A stretch of 58,253 nucleotides of DNA from a virus (taxonomy: Duplodnaviria > Caudoviricetes): positions 1 through 58,253 of the IMG/VR virus record IMGVR_UViG_3300021962_000125, one strand, 5' to 3'. Of this stretch, positions 47,836 through 55,491 are shown piece by piece. Within the stretch, counting starts at the first letter, position 1. Each line of letters starts with the position of its first letter. The notes beneath the pieces were generated by a model, which searched no databases, was not told where the DNA came from, and worked only from the letters and a program-made list of their open reading frames with translations. The translations under genes were made by a program, and so were the position numbers.

Positions 47836-47871
47836 ATTATAGCACCCTTCCTGACGCTTGGAAAGGGTGCT
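47836..47871 (-). promoter_or_regulatory. Sigma70 promoter TTTCCA-N17-TATAAT (extended TG) in a stem-loop (AGCACCCTT/AAGGGTGCT)
   Basis: -10 at 47836-47841, -35 at 47859-47864; upstream of the helicase. Confidence 0.75.
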
Positions 47872-47883
47872 GGTGGAGTTTAA

Positions 47884-48039
47884 TCAACCACCGAACATTT
47901 CATCAAACAACCAATCACCAGAACGCTCTTTTTCTTCCCAGACTTTGTTAGCGTTTGCTTCAATCATTGCTCGTTCAATCTTCATATCAATAGGGGAAAC
48001 TGTGCTGTACCAGGTTCCGTTGCGATCTTGCCAGAGCAT
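47884..48039 (-). CDS. 51-aa protein MLWQDRNGTWYST...WLFDEMFGG
   Basis: Manual translation; downstream of copy 12. Confidence 0.7.
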   Translation of the reverse strand: MLWQDRNGTWYSTVSPIDMKIERAMIEANANKVWEEKERSGDWLFDEMFGG

Positions 48040-48058
48040 TGTGTTGTGTGTCGTCTTA

Positions 48059-48087
48059 TATTACTGACGCACTTTCAAGGGCCCAGT
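48059..48087 (-). repeat. 29-bp element copy 12
   Basis: ACTGGGCCCTTGAAAGTGCGTCAGTAATA; abuts the stop at 48088. Confidence 0.95.
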
Positions 48088-48723
48088 TTACTTACCAGGC
48101 GTGAGTGAGGATTGATATTCAGATGCTGGTTTCTCTTTCTTCTTCTGAAGATCTGCCTGCAATCTCTTACCAGTTCTTACAATTCTCTTTTTCTCTTCTC
48201 TAGTGTAAGGTCTCTTTTCTCCCTTTGGAAGTAGAGAACCTTTGATCATATGATCTTCTTTATCACCAGAAGTTTCTTTCTTTGCTGGTGCTTTCTTTGA
48301 GAGAAGTTGTGTTGCTTTCTTCTCTGCTTCTTTTGCTTTTGGTTTCTCTGCTGTTACAGTTTCACCTTTCTTTTTAGCAGCAATTCTAGCAAGTGCTGCT
48401 CTCTTTCTTTCTTCTTTAGCGGCAGCAGCTGCTTTTGCTTTTACATCAGCAGCACCTCTTTCTTTTTCAGGTTGCTGAACTCTTGTTGATGCTTGGCGTT
48501 GAGTTCCAATATCCTTTCTTTCTTTATATCCAGCAGGAACTCTCTTAACTTTACCAGTCTCGGGATCTTTGACTGATTTCATTCTTCTTTTTTCTGCTTC
48601 CGATTTCTTACGTTCAGCAGAAATACGACCACCTGCACCCATCGTGCGGATTTGCGAACCAGACATTACTTCTTTATCGTAAGTTGCTTCGCAAAGAGTC
48701 ATAAAATCGCTGAACGTAATCAT
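48088..48723 (-). CDS. Lys/Ala-rich basic protein; candidate capsid-internal DNA-binding protein
   Basis: N-terminus MITFSDFMTLCEA; CTAAATA late-like motif at 48748-48754. Confidence 0.7.
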   Translation of the reverse strand: MITFSDFMTLCEATYDKEVMSGSQIRTMGAGGRISAERKKSEAEKRRMKSVKDPETGKVKRVPAGYKERKDIGTQRQASTRVQQPEKERGAADVKAKAAAAAKEERKRAALARIAAKKKGETVTAEKPKAKEAEKKATQLLSKKAPAKKETSGDKEDHMIKGSLLPKGEKRPYTREEKKRIVRTGKRLQADLQKKKEKPASEYQSSLTPGK

Positions 48724-48750
48724 CGGATGTTTAGAATAACTTTCTAGTAT

Positions 48751-49269
48751 TTAGATTGTATCATTTTTTTGTTTTTTTCTATACTCTCTCATATAAAGTG
48801 CATGAGGTGTAACTTCATTGATTGGTTTTGTTTTTTTATTACGCAAGTTTTCTCTAAAATTTAATGAGTGTTTTATTCCTTTATTACCTTGTCCATTTTT
48901 ATTACCTTTCATTGCATCACTTAATTTTTTTCTTGTTTTATTGTTTACTTCTTTTCCTTTCAATTTATCACTTATTTTTAATTTTGTCTCATCTTTCATC
49001 ATAACGCCGCTGCCTCCTTCTCCACCATTTGTATGATTTTGCAATATTCCAGTACCAATATCTTTACGACCAAATAATGCTATCATATAAACTTCGTGAT
49101 TAAATGCTTCTTGCTCTGTTAAATTCTTTTTTAGAAATAACCTTCTTTCTTTTGGTGGTAGGTTTACATTGTGTTGCTTATCATTTATTCTTTTATTTCT
49201 TCCTTTACCAATGTAATAAGGAGTACCGTCTTCACGCAAATAAGCGTAAGTGTAAAAGTTGTTATTCAT
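48751..49269 (-). CDS. GIY-YIG-like homing endonuclease, paralog of 46012..46512
   Basis: Identical YTYAYLREDGTPYYIGKG; GRKDIGTGIL.N.TNGGEG; C-terminal PHALYMRE. Confidence 0.88.
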   Translation of the reverse strand: MNNNFYTYAYLREDGTPYYIGKGRNKRINDKQHNVNLPPKERRLFLKKNLTEQEAFNHEVYMIALFGRKDIGTGILQNHTNGGEGGSGVMMKDETKLKISDKLKGKEVNNKTRKKLSDAMKGNKNGQGNKGIKHSLNFRENLRNKKTKPINEVTPHALYMREYRKKQKNDTI

Positions 49270-49279
49270 TCTTGTCTTG

Positions 49280-49350
49280 AAGAGTCGCAATAATATTTAT
49301 ACAAGAAAAGAGGCATTTCTGCCTCCTCTCTACTTAAAGATGCGACTCTT
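49280..49350 (-). promoter_or_regulatory. 10-bp inverted repeat upstream of the HEG start, with late promoter TATAAATA (49294-49301) in the loop
   Basis: AAGAGTCGCA (49280-49289) / TGCGACTCTT (49341-49350). Confidence 0.75.
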
Positions 49351-49362
49351 AAGCATCATTAT

Positions 49363-49551
49363 TTATGAATCTTCTTTAGCACGACCCTTACTAACTCGGC
49401 CTGTTTCATAAAACCACTTAACACGTTCGCGTCTTGCAGTCAATAAAAGTTGATAAGATTCAGATTGCGAAGAAGAAAACTTAAAGTCTTGACGACGATA
49501 CGCTTCTTTCAGTTCGTTCAGATGAGGCAGAACATTTACAGTGTCAGTCAT
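49363..49551 (-). CDS. Hypothetical protein
   Basis: ORF track. Confidence 0.75.
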   Translation of the reverse strand: MTDTVNVLPHLNELKEAYRRQDFKFSSSQSESYQLLLTARRERVKWFYETGRVSKGRAKEDS

Positions 49552-49556
49552 TTGTA

Positions 49557-49694
49557 TCAGAAATCAATGTTAGAGTTAATCAGTTTATTGAAAGATTTAG
49601 TATCTTCTTCTTCCTCAAAGAGATCTTCATTCATTTCTTCAACAAAGTCAAAGGAAGAAAACTCTTCAATTTGGAGATCATCAAAGCAGTCCAT
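49557..49694 (-). CDS. 45-aa very acidic protein MDCFDDLQIEEFSSFDFVEEMNEDLFEEED...
   Basis: Manual translation; downstream of copy 13. Confidence 0.7.
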   Translation of the reverse strand: MDCFDDLQIEEFSSFDFVEEMNEDLFEEEEDTKSFNKLINSNIDF

Positions 49695-49713
49695 AAATCA
49701 GATGAGTTGCTTA

Positions 49714-49742
49714 CATAACTGATGCACTTTCAAGGGCCCAGT
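49714..49742 (-). repeat. 29-bp element copy 13
   Basis: ACTGGGCCCTTGAAAGTGCATCAGTTATG. Confidence 0.95.
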
Positions 49743-49747
49743 TTGAA

Positions 49748-49939
49748 TCAACGAGACAGAATTGCTTTCATTCTTGCACGCTTTGCTGCTTGTTGTGCTC
49801 TTGCTTCACCACCCAATTCCTGATGAACATGCTTAATTTGTGAAGTCTTTTGTGCTGCTTGACGCATTGCAACTTGCTTACTATAGAAATTGGGTTCCAT
49901 TTCTGGAGTTTGTTCCATAAATTGCTGAAACGTTTTCAT
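49748..49939 (-). CDS. Small protein with capsid-targeting-like N-terminus MKTFQQFME
   Basis: Resembles T4 internal-protein leader MKTYQEFIAE; AATAAATA at 49959-49966. Confidence 0.75.
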   Translation of the reverse strand: MKTFQQFMEQTPEMEPNFYSKQVAMRQAAQKTSQIKHVHQELGGEARAQQAAKRARMKAILSR

Positions 49940-49966
49940 TTTATCGACACTTTTTGATTATTTATT

Positions 49967-50242
49967 TTATTCAAACTCAAAGGATCTATTTGATACTTTC
50001 ATGGGTGGAGTTTGATACTCTGGGATATTAGAAGATTCAACAAATACTTCTACTTTAGTCTCATCATTCCAGTGACGAATTACACCAGCAACGATGAAGG
50101 CATTGGTAATCAAATACGTCGCAAAAATAAAAGTTCGGATAAGTGCTACCTTATCCGACTCTTTATCACATTTACTTGCTTTTTCTCCCAAGGCTTTGGC
50201 CCACCATCTCCAAGCAGTTTTTTTCTTCATAAACAGATTCAC
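49967..50242 (-). CDS. Conserved phage membrane protein (WRWWAKALGEKA...D.VALIRT...AGVIRHW)
   Basis: ORF track; motif. Confidence 0.75.
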   Translation of the reverse strand: MNLFMKKKTAWRWWAKALGEKASKCDKESDKVALIRTFIFATYLITNAFIVAGVIRHWNDETKVEVFVESSNIPEYQTPPMKVSNRSFEFE

Positions 50243-50456
50243 GCGACATTACATATTCTAGTTGTTTCCATTGTTCATTATAGCACAAGACCAAAACTCT
50301 TTCGTTTCGATGTAAACTGCAGCACTGATAGTTTATATCATCTTTTGGTCGAACTGCAACTTCTATTGTAATATAACTACTATCCTTAAAATAAACCCAT
50401 CCCTCAACACCTTTTGTCCATTTGACATAATCGTTGATTTTAGGTTCGTAGGTCAT
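50172..50456 (-). CDS. Conserved hypothetical protein (EGWVYFK...YITIEV)
   Basis: ORF track. Confidence 0.75.
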   Translation of the reverse strand: MTYEPKINDYVKWTKGVEGWVYFKDSSYITIEVAVRPKDDINYQCCSLHRNERVLVLCYNEQWKQLEYVMSRESVYEEKNCLEMVGQSLGRKSK

Positions 50457-50734
50457 ACAAAGAACTTTTCGACTCCTTGGTATTTAATAGGCATTGAAGT
50501 ATAGTTTCTTGTGTCGCTGATGTTTACACGAGCACCGATGGTTTTACTATTGATTGGGGCGAAGTATTCTCTGGTCTTGGACTTGTAGAATCCCCAGATG
50601 GTTCGCGTTGAAGCACCGTTATTGTAATCAAACTTACGATGGCAATGCAACCATATAGCAATAACTCCCCGCTTGAACTCTTCAAACTCATAAGAATATC
50701 CCTTTGGTGGATGGTGCGGAAATTCAGCAATCAT
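50453..50734 (-). CDS. Conserved hypothetical protein (FPHHPPKGYSYE...TIWGFY)
   Basis: Internal ATG of the track ORF. Confidence 0.75.
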   Translation of the reverse strand: MIAEFPHHPPKGYSYEFEEFKRGVIAIWLHCHRKFDYNNGASTRTIWGFYKSKTREYFAPINSKTIGARVNISDTRNYTSMPIKYQGVEKFFV

Positions 50735-50890
50735 AGAACTTGTCTCGCGACATATACTCAATTTGTTTCTGCAGTTGTGAGATTTCGTGTTCTTGTTCTG
50801 CAATTTTACTTTGCAGTTGTTCAATGCGATCTTGATACTGTTTCTTCAAATCAGACACCATTTGATTGGTGTGAGCAACGTGGTGAGTCA

Positions 50891-51133
50891 TCAGGTTGTG
50901 AAAGATTCAACTACGCCAGATTCTACATCTTCTGCAAGGGCATAAGTTCTTGCGTTTAACACATTTTCACGAAGAGCAGTGTAATGCTGTTCATAGAAGT
51001 TGTCATCATCTTCTGCAGCAATCAAATCAAAACATTCATTGTCGTTTTCTGCAATGACATTCCACAGTCCACCATATTCACTGGAGGGAAAAGGAATGTA
51101 GTGGTCAACAATATAAAGAAACTTTTGTGCCAT
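50891..51133 (-). CDS. Conserved hypothetical protein (PFPSSEYGG)
   Basis: ORF track; promoter and AAGGAG upstream. Confidence 0.8.
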   Translation of the reverse strand: MAQKFLYIVDHYIPFPSSEYGGLWNVIAENDNECFDLIAAEDDDNFYEQHYTALRENVLNARTYALAEDVESGVVESFTT

Positions 51134-51156
51134 TTGTGTTTGAAAATTACTCCTTT

Positions 51157-51185
51157 AGTATAAGTTTAAGATTGCAATTTGTCAA
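51157..51185 (-). promoter_or_regulatory. Sigma70 promoter TTGACA-N17-TATACT
   Basis: -35 at 51180-51185, -10 at 51157-51162. Confidence 0.8.
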
Positions 51186-51319
51186 TAAAACTCCGCGAGA
51201 TAATAGTCTACTGTAACCTCAAGTTTTGCTGCTTCACGCTCAACTTCTTTCCAGAACTCTTCTGCTACTTTGTCCATTTCTGCTTGTTTAATAAGATCGC
51301 GGAGTCGTTTCGGAATCAT
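51182..51319 (-). CDS. 45-aa protein ending LEVTVDYYLAEFY
   Basis: Manual translation; C-terminus similar to the 38021 protein. Confidence 0.7.
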   Translation of the reverse strand: MIPKRLRDLIKQAEMDKVAEEFWKEVEREAAKLEVTVDYYLAEFY

Positions 51320-51568
51320 TTGAGTTTCTCCTTAAGTTGTTGTTCTTCGCGTGGATACATTACCTTAAAGTAATATAACACAGTGGATGATACAAATGCA
51401 ACCAGAGCAGTGTAGATTGCAATAGCAAATCCAATGCTCATTTCATTTGCTGAATTGCTTGCTGGCGATAGTATGCTTTATACATTGCATCATCACGTTG
51501 AATTAGAAACACATTCCAACCAAGCATAAAGATGAAACCAAGAGCAGTGTAAGTGACGTAACGCTTAA

Positions 51569-51985
51569 TCATACAGCAAGGGCAGCAGAGGGGATTTCAA
51601 CAATTTCAGGAAGTTTGCTATCATCAAACTGGTGCATATTATAGCACACCCATTCACCATTGCGGAATACATAAGCATACTCTTCGCTGTTACCAGGCAG
51701 CAGATACTCACAAAGGTCAGCATCAAGGCGAGGGGGGCAATCTTCACCACGTTGAGAGTAATATTCGGGACCATAAACACCTTTTACAGCACTATCATCC
51801 CAACGAGAATCAGTCCAGCAAGAAGACATATCGCCACCATCTATGAGTTCTGCTGCCTTTTCATAAGAATTATAATGAGTCTTTAGGATACGACCCAACC
51901 AGGACTCATAACCGTCCCAATGATGATACACAGAGAGAATAGGACCATCTTTAAGTTCAAGACCGATTCGTGCTCGCGTTGACAT
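51569..51985 (-). CDS. Conserved phage protein (MSTRARIG...SVYHHWDGY...EEYAYVF)
   Basis: Motif recognised; first gene after copy 14. Confidence 0.82.
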   Translation of the reverse strand: MSTRARIGLELKDGPILSVYHHWDGYESWLGRILKTHYNSYEKAAELIDGGDMSSCWTDSRWDDSAVKGVYGPEYYSQRGEDCPPRLDADLCEYLLPGNSEEYAYVFRNGEWVCYNMHQFDDSKLPEIVEIPSAALAV

Positions 51986-52001
51986 TTGATCGTGGTGCTT
52001 A

Positions 52002-52030
52002 CACTATAGAAGCACTTTCAGGGGCCCAAT
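52002..52030 (-). repeat. 29-bp element copy 14
   Basis: ATTGGGCCCCTGAAAGTGCTTCTATAGTG. Confidence 0.9.
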
Positions 52031-52035
52031 ATATC

Positions 52036-52200
52036 TCAACCACCCTTTTCGCGCAAACTACGCACAAGGTACTCTGTGAACTCTTCCATTTTTTCAGGCA
52101 CTACAGCAGCGGGGCGTTGATTGATCACATTTTTGAGGGCGGTCATCTCCTTAAACTCTTCATCTGTCAAATTTGCGTTTCCTTTTGAAGGAAGTGTCAT
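52036..52200 (-). CDS. 54-aa protein MTLPSKGNANLTDEEFKEM...
   Basis: Manual translation; stop 5 nt from copy 14. Confidence 0.7.
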   Translation of the reverse strand: MTLPSKGNANLTDEEFKEMTALKNVINQRPAAVVPEKMEEFTEYLVRSLREKGG

Positions 52201-52289
52201 GATTTTGCTCCCGAATACTCTGATATGTTAGCATATCCTTATAAATTATCTAGACACTTAACAATCTCTTCGGGATTGCTTTACGATTC

Positions 52290-52520
52290 TTAATCGTTAT
52301 CATTGAAGAAAGACCCAAATGATCCGCGACTTCCAGGTTTACGATTGTCAAGTAAGTCCATAATTTCCTCAAACTTCTTGCATTGTTCAATATCAAGAAG
52401 AAGTTGAGATAGTTGTTTTACTACAAGAGGTTTTTCATTTGTAGCTGCTGACTTAATTGCAGCACGAAGATGAGATTCTGCTTCAAGAAGATGATCTAGT
52501 GTTTGTTTGCTTAATGCCAT
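52290..52520 (-). CDS. Hypothetical protein (MALSKQT...EAESHLRAA)
   Basis: ORF track. Confidence 0.78.
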   Translation of the reverse strand: MALSKQTLDHLLEAESHLRAAIKSAATNEKPLVVKQLSQLLLDIEQCKKFEEIMDLLDNRKPGSRGSFGSFFNDND

Positions 52521-52685
52521 TTAATCGGTCCTCACATTTAGTGTAAAAAATCCCATTAACATAACAGGATTTGCCGGGTTCATAGTATTTTATCACAGAA
52601 GGGTTTGGTGGGTCAAGTACGCATATATTTCCAGTAGACATTAACAATCCATTTAAACAGTGCATTACCAACTGTGGGAGTAACA

Positions 52686-53333
52686 TTACTCTACACTCAC
52701 TTTACGAAGTTCAAAACTACCATCACCACGATCAATCCATTCAATTTGATCACCTTCTTTAAGATTTGCTGCTTCTAACAAATCATCAGGGAAACTGATA
52801 AAGTATTCTGTTTTATCAGTATCAACATCTTTACATTCTTCAACAGGAAGTTGCCACTTCACAATTTTATCTTTCTTAAATGGACTTTCTCGATTTGGAT
52901 CATTTCTATTATACTCATACCAGTATTCAGAATGACCTTTATTATCTACCGAATAACCATCAACTTTAGTTTTCAAATATTCTTGATGACTTGACTCCCA
53001 AAAGTCATTCCAAGCACCTTGACATTCAGGTGAAGGGTCATCTTTATCACAAATCAAAGAATCTTTATATTGAGAAAGTTCTTGTTCAGTTATATTAGAT
53101 TGTTCATAATATTGCCTTTCTTTCATCACATCTTCATATGATTGTCCGTTATCATTCAGAAGTCCAAGAAGTTCATATGCTTCAGATGCTTTTTGTTTGT
53201 AGGTATAATAATTATCCTTTACTACACCAACAATTGTGTCATAAATCTCTTGTGGTGTTGCTTCACCTGCAGACATTGCATCATAAAGCCAATTTTCTAG
53301 ATTTTCAAGTGAATACTTTTTGTAATCAGTCAT
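52686..53333 (-). CDS. Protein with C-terminal AbrB/MazE-like DNA-binding domain
   Basis: ISFPDDLLEAANLKEGDQIEWIDRGDGSFELRK. Confidence 0.7.
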   Translation of the reverse strand: MTDYKKYSLENLENWLYDAMSAGEATPQEIYDTIVGVVKDNYYTYKQKASEAYELLGLLNDNGQSYEDVMKERQYYEQSNITEQELSQYKDSLICDKDDPSPECQGAWNDFWESSHQEYLKTKVDGYSVDNKGHSEYWYEYNRNDPNRESPFKKDKIVKWQLPVEECKDVDTDKTEYFISFPDDLLEAANLKEGDQIEWIDRGDGSFELRKVSVE

Positions 53334-53443
53334 TTCTTGGTTTGGGTTTAGAACAGTCGTGACAGTAATAGGAGAAACTATCTCGAAAATACTTTACCAC
53401 CTGATAGTGGTCTTTGTCAAGTGGTTTCACCACTCCACACTTA

Positions 53444-53623
53444 TCACAAATCCTTGTCTTTCTTGATGGACTTTCGGATTCGTTTGAGTTCCTTGAGTTC
53501 CATCTTAATATTCTTGTAAGCAGAGTCAGCATCTAATTTGCCTCCCATTTCCATTGCAATGATAACATCAACTCTTGTACCAAAGTGTGCTAATGCTTTT
53601 TCAAAATCGTCTAGTTCATACAT
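53444..53623 (-). CDS. Conserved hypothetical protein (FEKALAHFGTRVDVI...EMGGKL)
   Basis: Internal ATG of the track ORF. Confidence 0.75.
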   Translation of the reverse strand: MYELDDFEKALAHFGTRVDVIIAMEMGGKLDADSAYKNIKMELKELKRIRKSIKKDKDL

Positions 53624-53840
53624 CTTTCTTGTTCCAGTTCTCAAGAGTTAGAATATCTATGCGTGCATCAACTGCATCAATAGAATTAGAGAGTTCATAG
53701 AAACAATTACTGTTCTCTACATTCTCTGCTTCAAGTGCTTCAATACGTTCTTGCAACTCAATCAGTTTAGAATACACATCATCTCCAACATCAAATTTTT
53801 CTGTTGAAGTAAAAAACCATTCAATAAGTTTTCTAATCAT
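53616..53840 (-). CDS. Coiled-coil hypothetical protein
   Basis: ORF track. Confidence 0.7.
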   Translation of the reverse strand: MIRKLIEWFFTSTEKFDVGDDVYSKLIELQERIEALEAENVENSNCFYELSNSIDAVDARIDILTLENWNKKDV

Positions 53841-54285
53841 ACCAAACCAACTTCTTTAAGATACTGTTGATAGCGCATAAAAGATTGAAGGCGAATAGGA
53901 ACACCTAAACTTTCACAGCATCTACAAAAAGAAACAAATTCGTACCAAGGACTTGTAGGATCTGTGTCGCTCATAGCAATTCTCTCCAAAATTTTTCTCC
54001 TTTTTGTAACGCTAATACGACAGTTGTATGCTCTCGTGCGTGCCTATCAAGGTCTTTTTCATTAAAGTAAATGTTAGACCTTTCTACAGCACAACAAAAG
54101 ATGTTTGCCCAGAACTGTTGATTAGGTGTTAGACGCATTTTCATTGTTCAGGTCAGGATGTGGTGCATACAAAGGACCAGAATAATTACCAGCAAACTTT
54201 GCAAGTTCTTGAACTGCTTTTACAGTCTCTGCAGTTTCTTCCCACTCCCAAGAGTTTCCATTTTTATCTACAAAATTGCGAATAG

Positions 54286-54504
54286 TCATAGTTTTCCTCC
54301 AACTTCTCCAGAATAACTCTTTTCAGGTGATTTGTCAAACTCACCTTCTTGCTTTGCTTTCAAATACCAACGAGTTGCTCTAACACATTCTTCTTCAGTA
54401 AGTGAGGTAATAATACCTTTACCATCTGGATAATGTGATTGCCAAGTTCCCCAACTTTTTTGCTCCACATAGAAAGCATCGTCGTCATAAAACTGTTTAC
54501 TCAT
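54286..54504 (-). CDS. Conserved hypothetical protein ending VGGKL
   Basis: ORF track. Confidence 0.75.
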   Translation of the reverse strand: MSKQFYDDDAFYVEQKSWGTWQSHYPDGKGIITSLTEEECVRATRWYLKAKQEGEFDKSPEKSYSGEVGGKL

Positions 54505-54784
54505 AATGATTCAATTGCCTTTGTAATTCAATTCTCGCAGAAATTAGTTTGCTGTTTAGAAAGTGCTGATACTCATTACCTTCCAATAGTTTTGTAAGGT
54601 TATCAATCTGCATTAAAGCAAGAATGAGTTTAGTTTTATCATTCATCATTATTCAGTTTTTGAAGATGTTCCATAATGACTTTGATGAAGTCTTCTTCAG
54701 TCCAGGTGTTGAGAATACTTTCAGTAGGAGAAGTTTCGTCCCAGGAGATAGTGAATTCGTTTTCATTGATTTGTTCAACATTAA

Positions 54785-55102
54785 TCATTTTTTGCGTTTT
54801 GTAGTGCGAGTAGTGTTGGAAGTGGAATCCACGCGGGAGGTTCGTCCTTTACTTGTACTAGAACTTCCTTTACTTTTTGGTTTAGGTTTTTGTTCCACAC
54901 TTCTCTTACGTTTTTCACTGGTGTCAGTGGGTTTTCCATCACGATAATCAATCTTTGTGGTCTTACTATCCAGTTTATACCTTTCTAGGTATTTTTGCAA
55001 GTGTTCTTCACAGGAAAAGAAGCAGACTGTAGGATTTTTCTTTTCACCAAACTCTAGACGATATGGATGATTCTCATAAGGAAATAGTTCAGTTGAAATC
55101 AT
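54785..55102 (-). CDS. Hypothetical protein with basic tail
   Basis: ORF track. Confidence 0.7.
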   Translation of the reverse strand: MISTELFPYENHPYRLEFGEKKNPTVCFFSCEEHLQKYLERYKLDSKTTKIDYRDGKPTDTSEKRKRSVEQKPKPKSKGSSSTSKGRTSRVDSTSNTTRTTKRKK

Positions 55103-55491
55103 TATGCCCCAAACTCATAGTCCATTAGTCTACCATACTTAAAGTGGATTTTACAACGAGGCCAATCTTCCCATTTCCCGTCCCAAGTTGGAGGATAGAC
55201 TTCAACATATTTGGTAATCATACATGGACTAATTTTTCCGTGATTACCATTAGGAATCCACTTAAAGTTACACCACAGATGTATAGAATCATATCCTTCA
55301 TCACCTTTTTTGAGTTCTACAAAGTCTGCAGTGTGTGAATAGTCAATATAATACAAATATCCATGAGGGTCTAACCAATAGTGAGACATTGTGCCTCCTA
55401 TCCCATCTTCAATGTCTTTAGTATGCAATTCTACATTTGTGAATTGTTCTCCAAGATCATAGGAAGAACGCAGATAGTCAAACATTCCCAT
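55102..55491 (-). CDS. Conserved phage protein (MGMFDY...TKD)
   Basis: ORF track; motif. Confidence 0.78.
   Translation of the reverse strand: MGMFDYLRSSYDLGEQFTNVELHTKDIEDGIGGTMSHYWLDPHGYLYYIDYSHTADFVELKKGDEGYDSIHLWCNFKWIPNGNHGKISPCMITKYVEVYPPTWDGKWEDWPRCKIHFKYGRLMDYEFGA

Larger units (their letters stand above)
35279..52030 (-). repeat. Dispersed family of 14 co-oriented 29-bp repeats at gene junctions, consensus ACTGGGCCCTTGAAAGTGCATCAGTAGTA
   Basis: Copies read directly from the sequence, no indels; invariant TGGGCCC, AAA and TGC. Confidence 0.97.

Noticed and set aside
35279-52030. 29-bp repeats as a CRISPR array
   Set aside because: Intervals are 0.2-2.9 kb, irregular and contain intact genes; no cas genes are visible.
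35279-52030. 29-bp repeats as sigma54 (-24/-12) promoters
   Set aside because: GG and TGC are present, but the spacing is GG-N11-GC rather than the strict N10, and cyanobacteria lack RpoN.
35279-52030. 29-bp repeats as integron attC sites, dif sites or conserved RNA hairpins
   Set aside because: The consensus can fold weakly (ACTG...CAGT), but variants in copies 4, 8, 9, 10, 11 and 14 break the 3' arm without compensation. There are no RYYYAAC/GTTRRRY ends, no XerD arm, and no integrase in the window.
35071-52188. Plus-strand ORFs sharing peptides such as TTDALSRAQ or LMHFQGP
   Set aside because: These are antisense translations of the 29-bp element overlapping real minus-strand genes, not a protein family.
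53326-53532. 68-aa CxxC ORF overlapping 53444..53623
   Set aside because: The 3' part (ICDKC...YCHDC) may be a real small gene, but the start is unclear because of the long overlap, so no coordinates were called.
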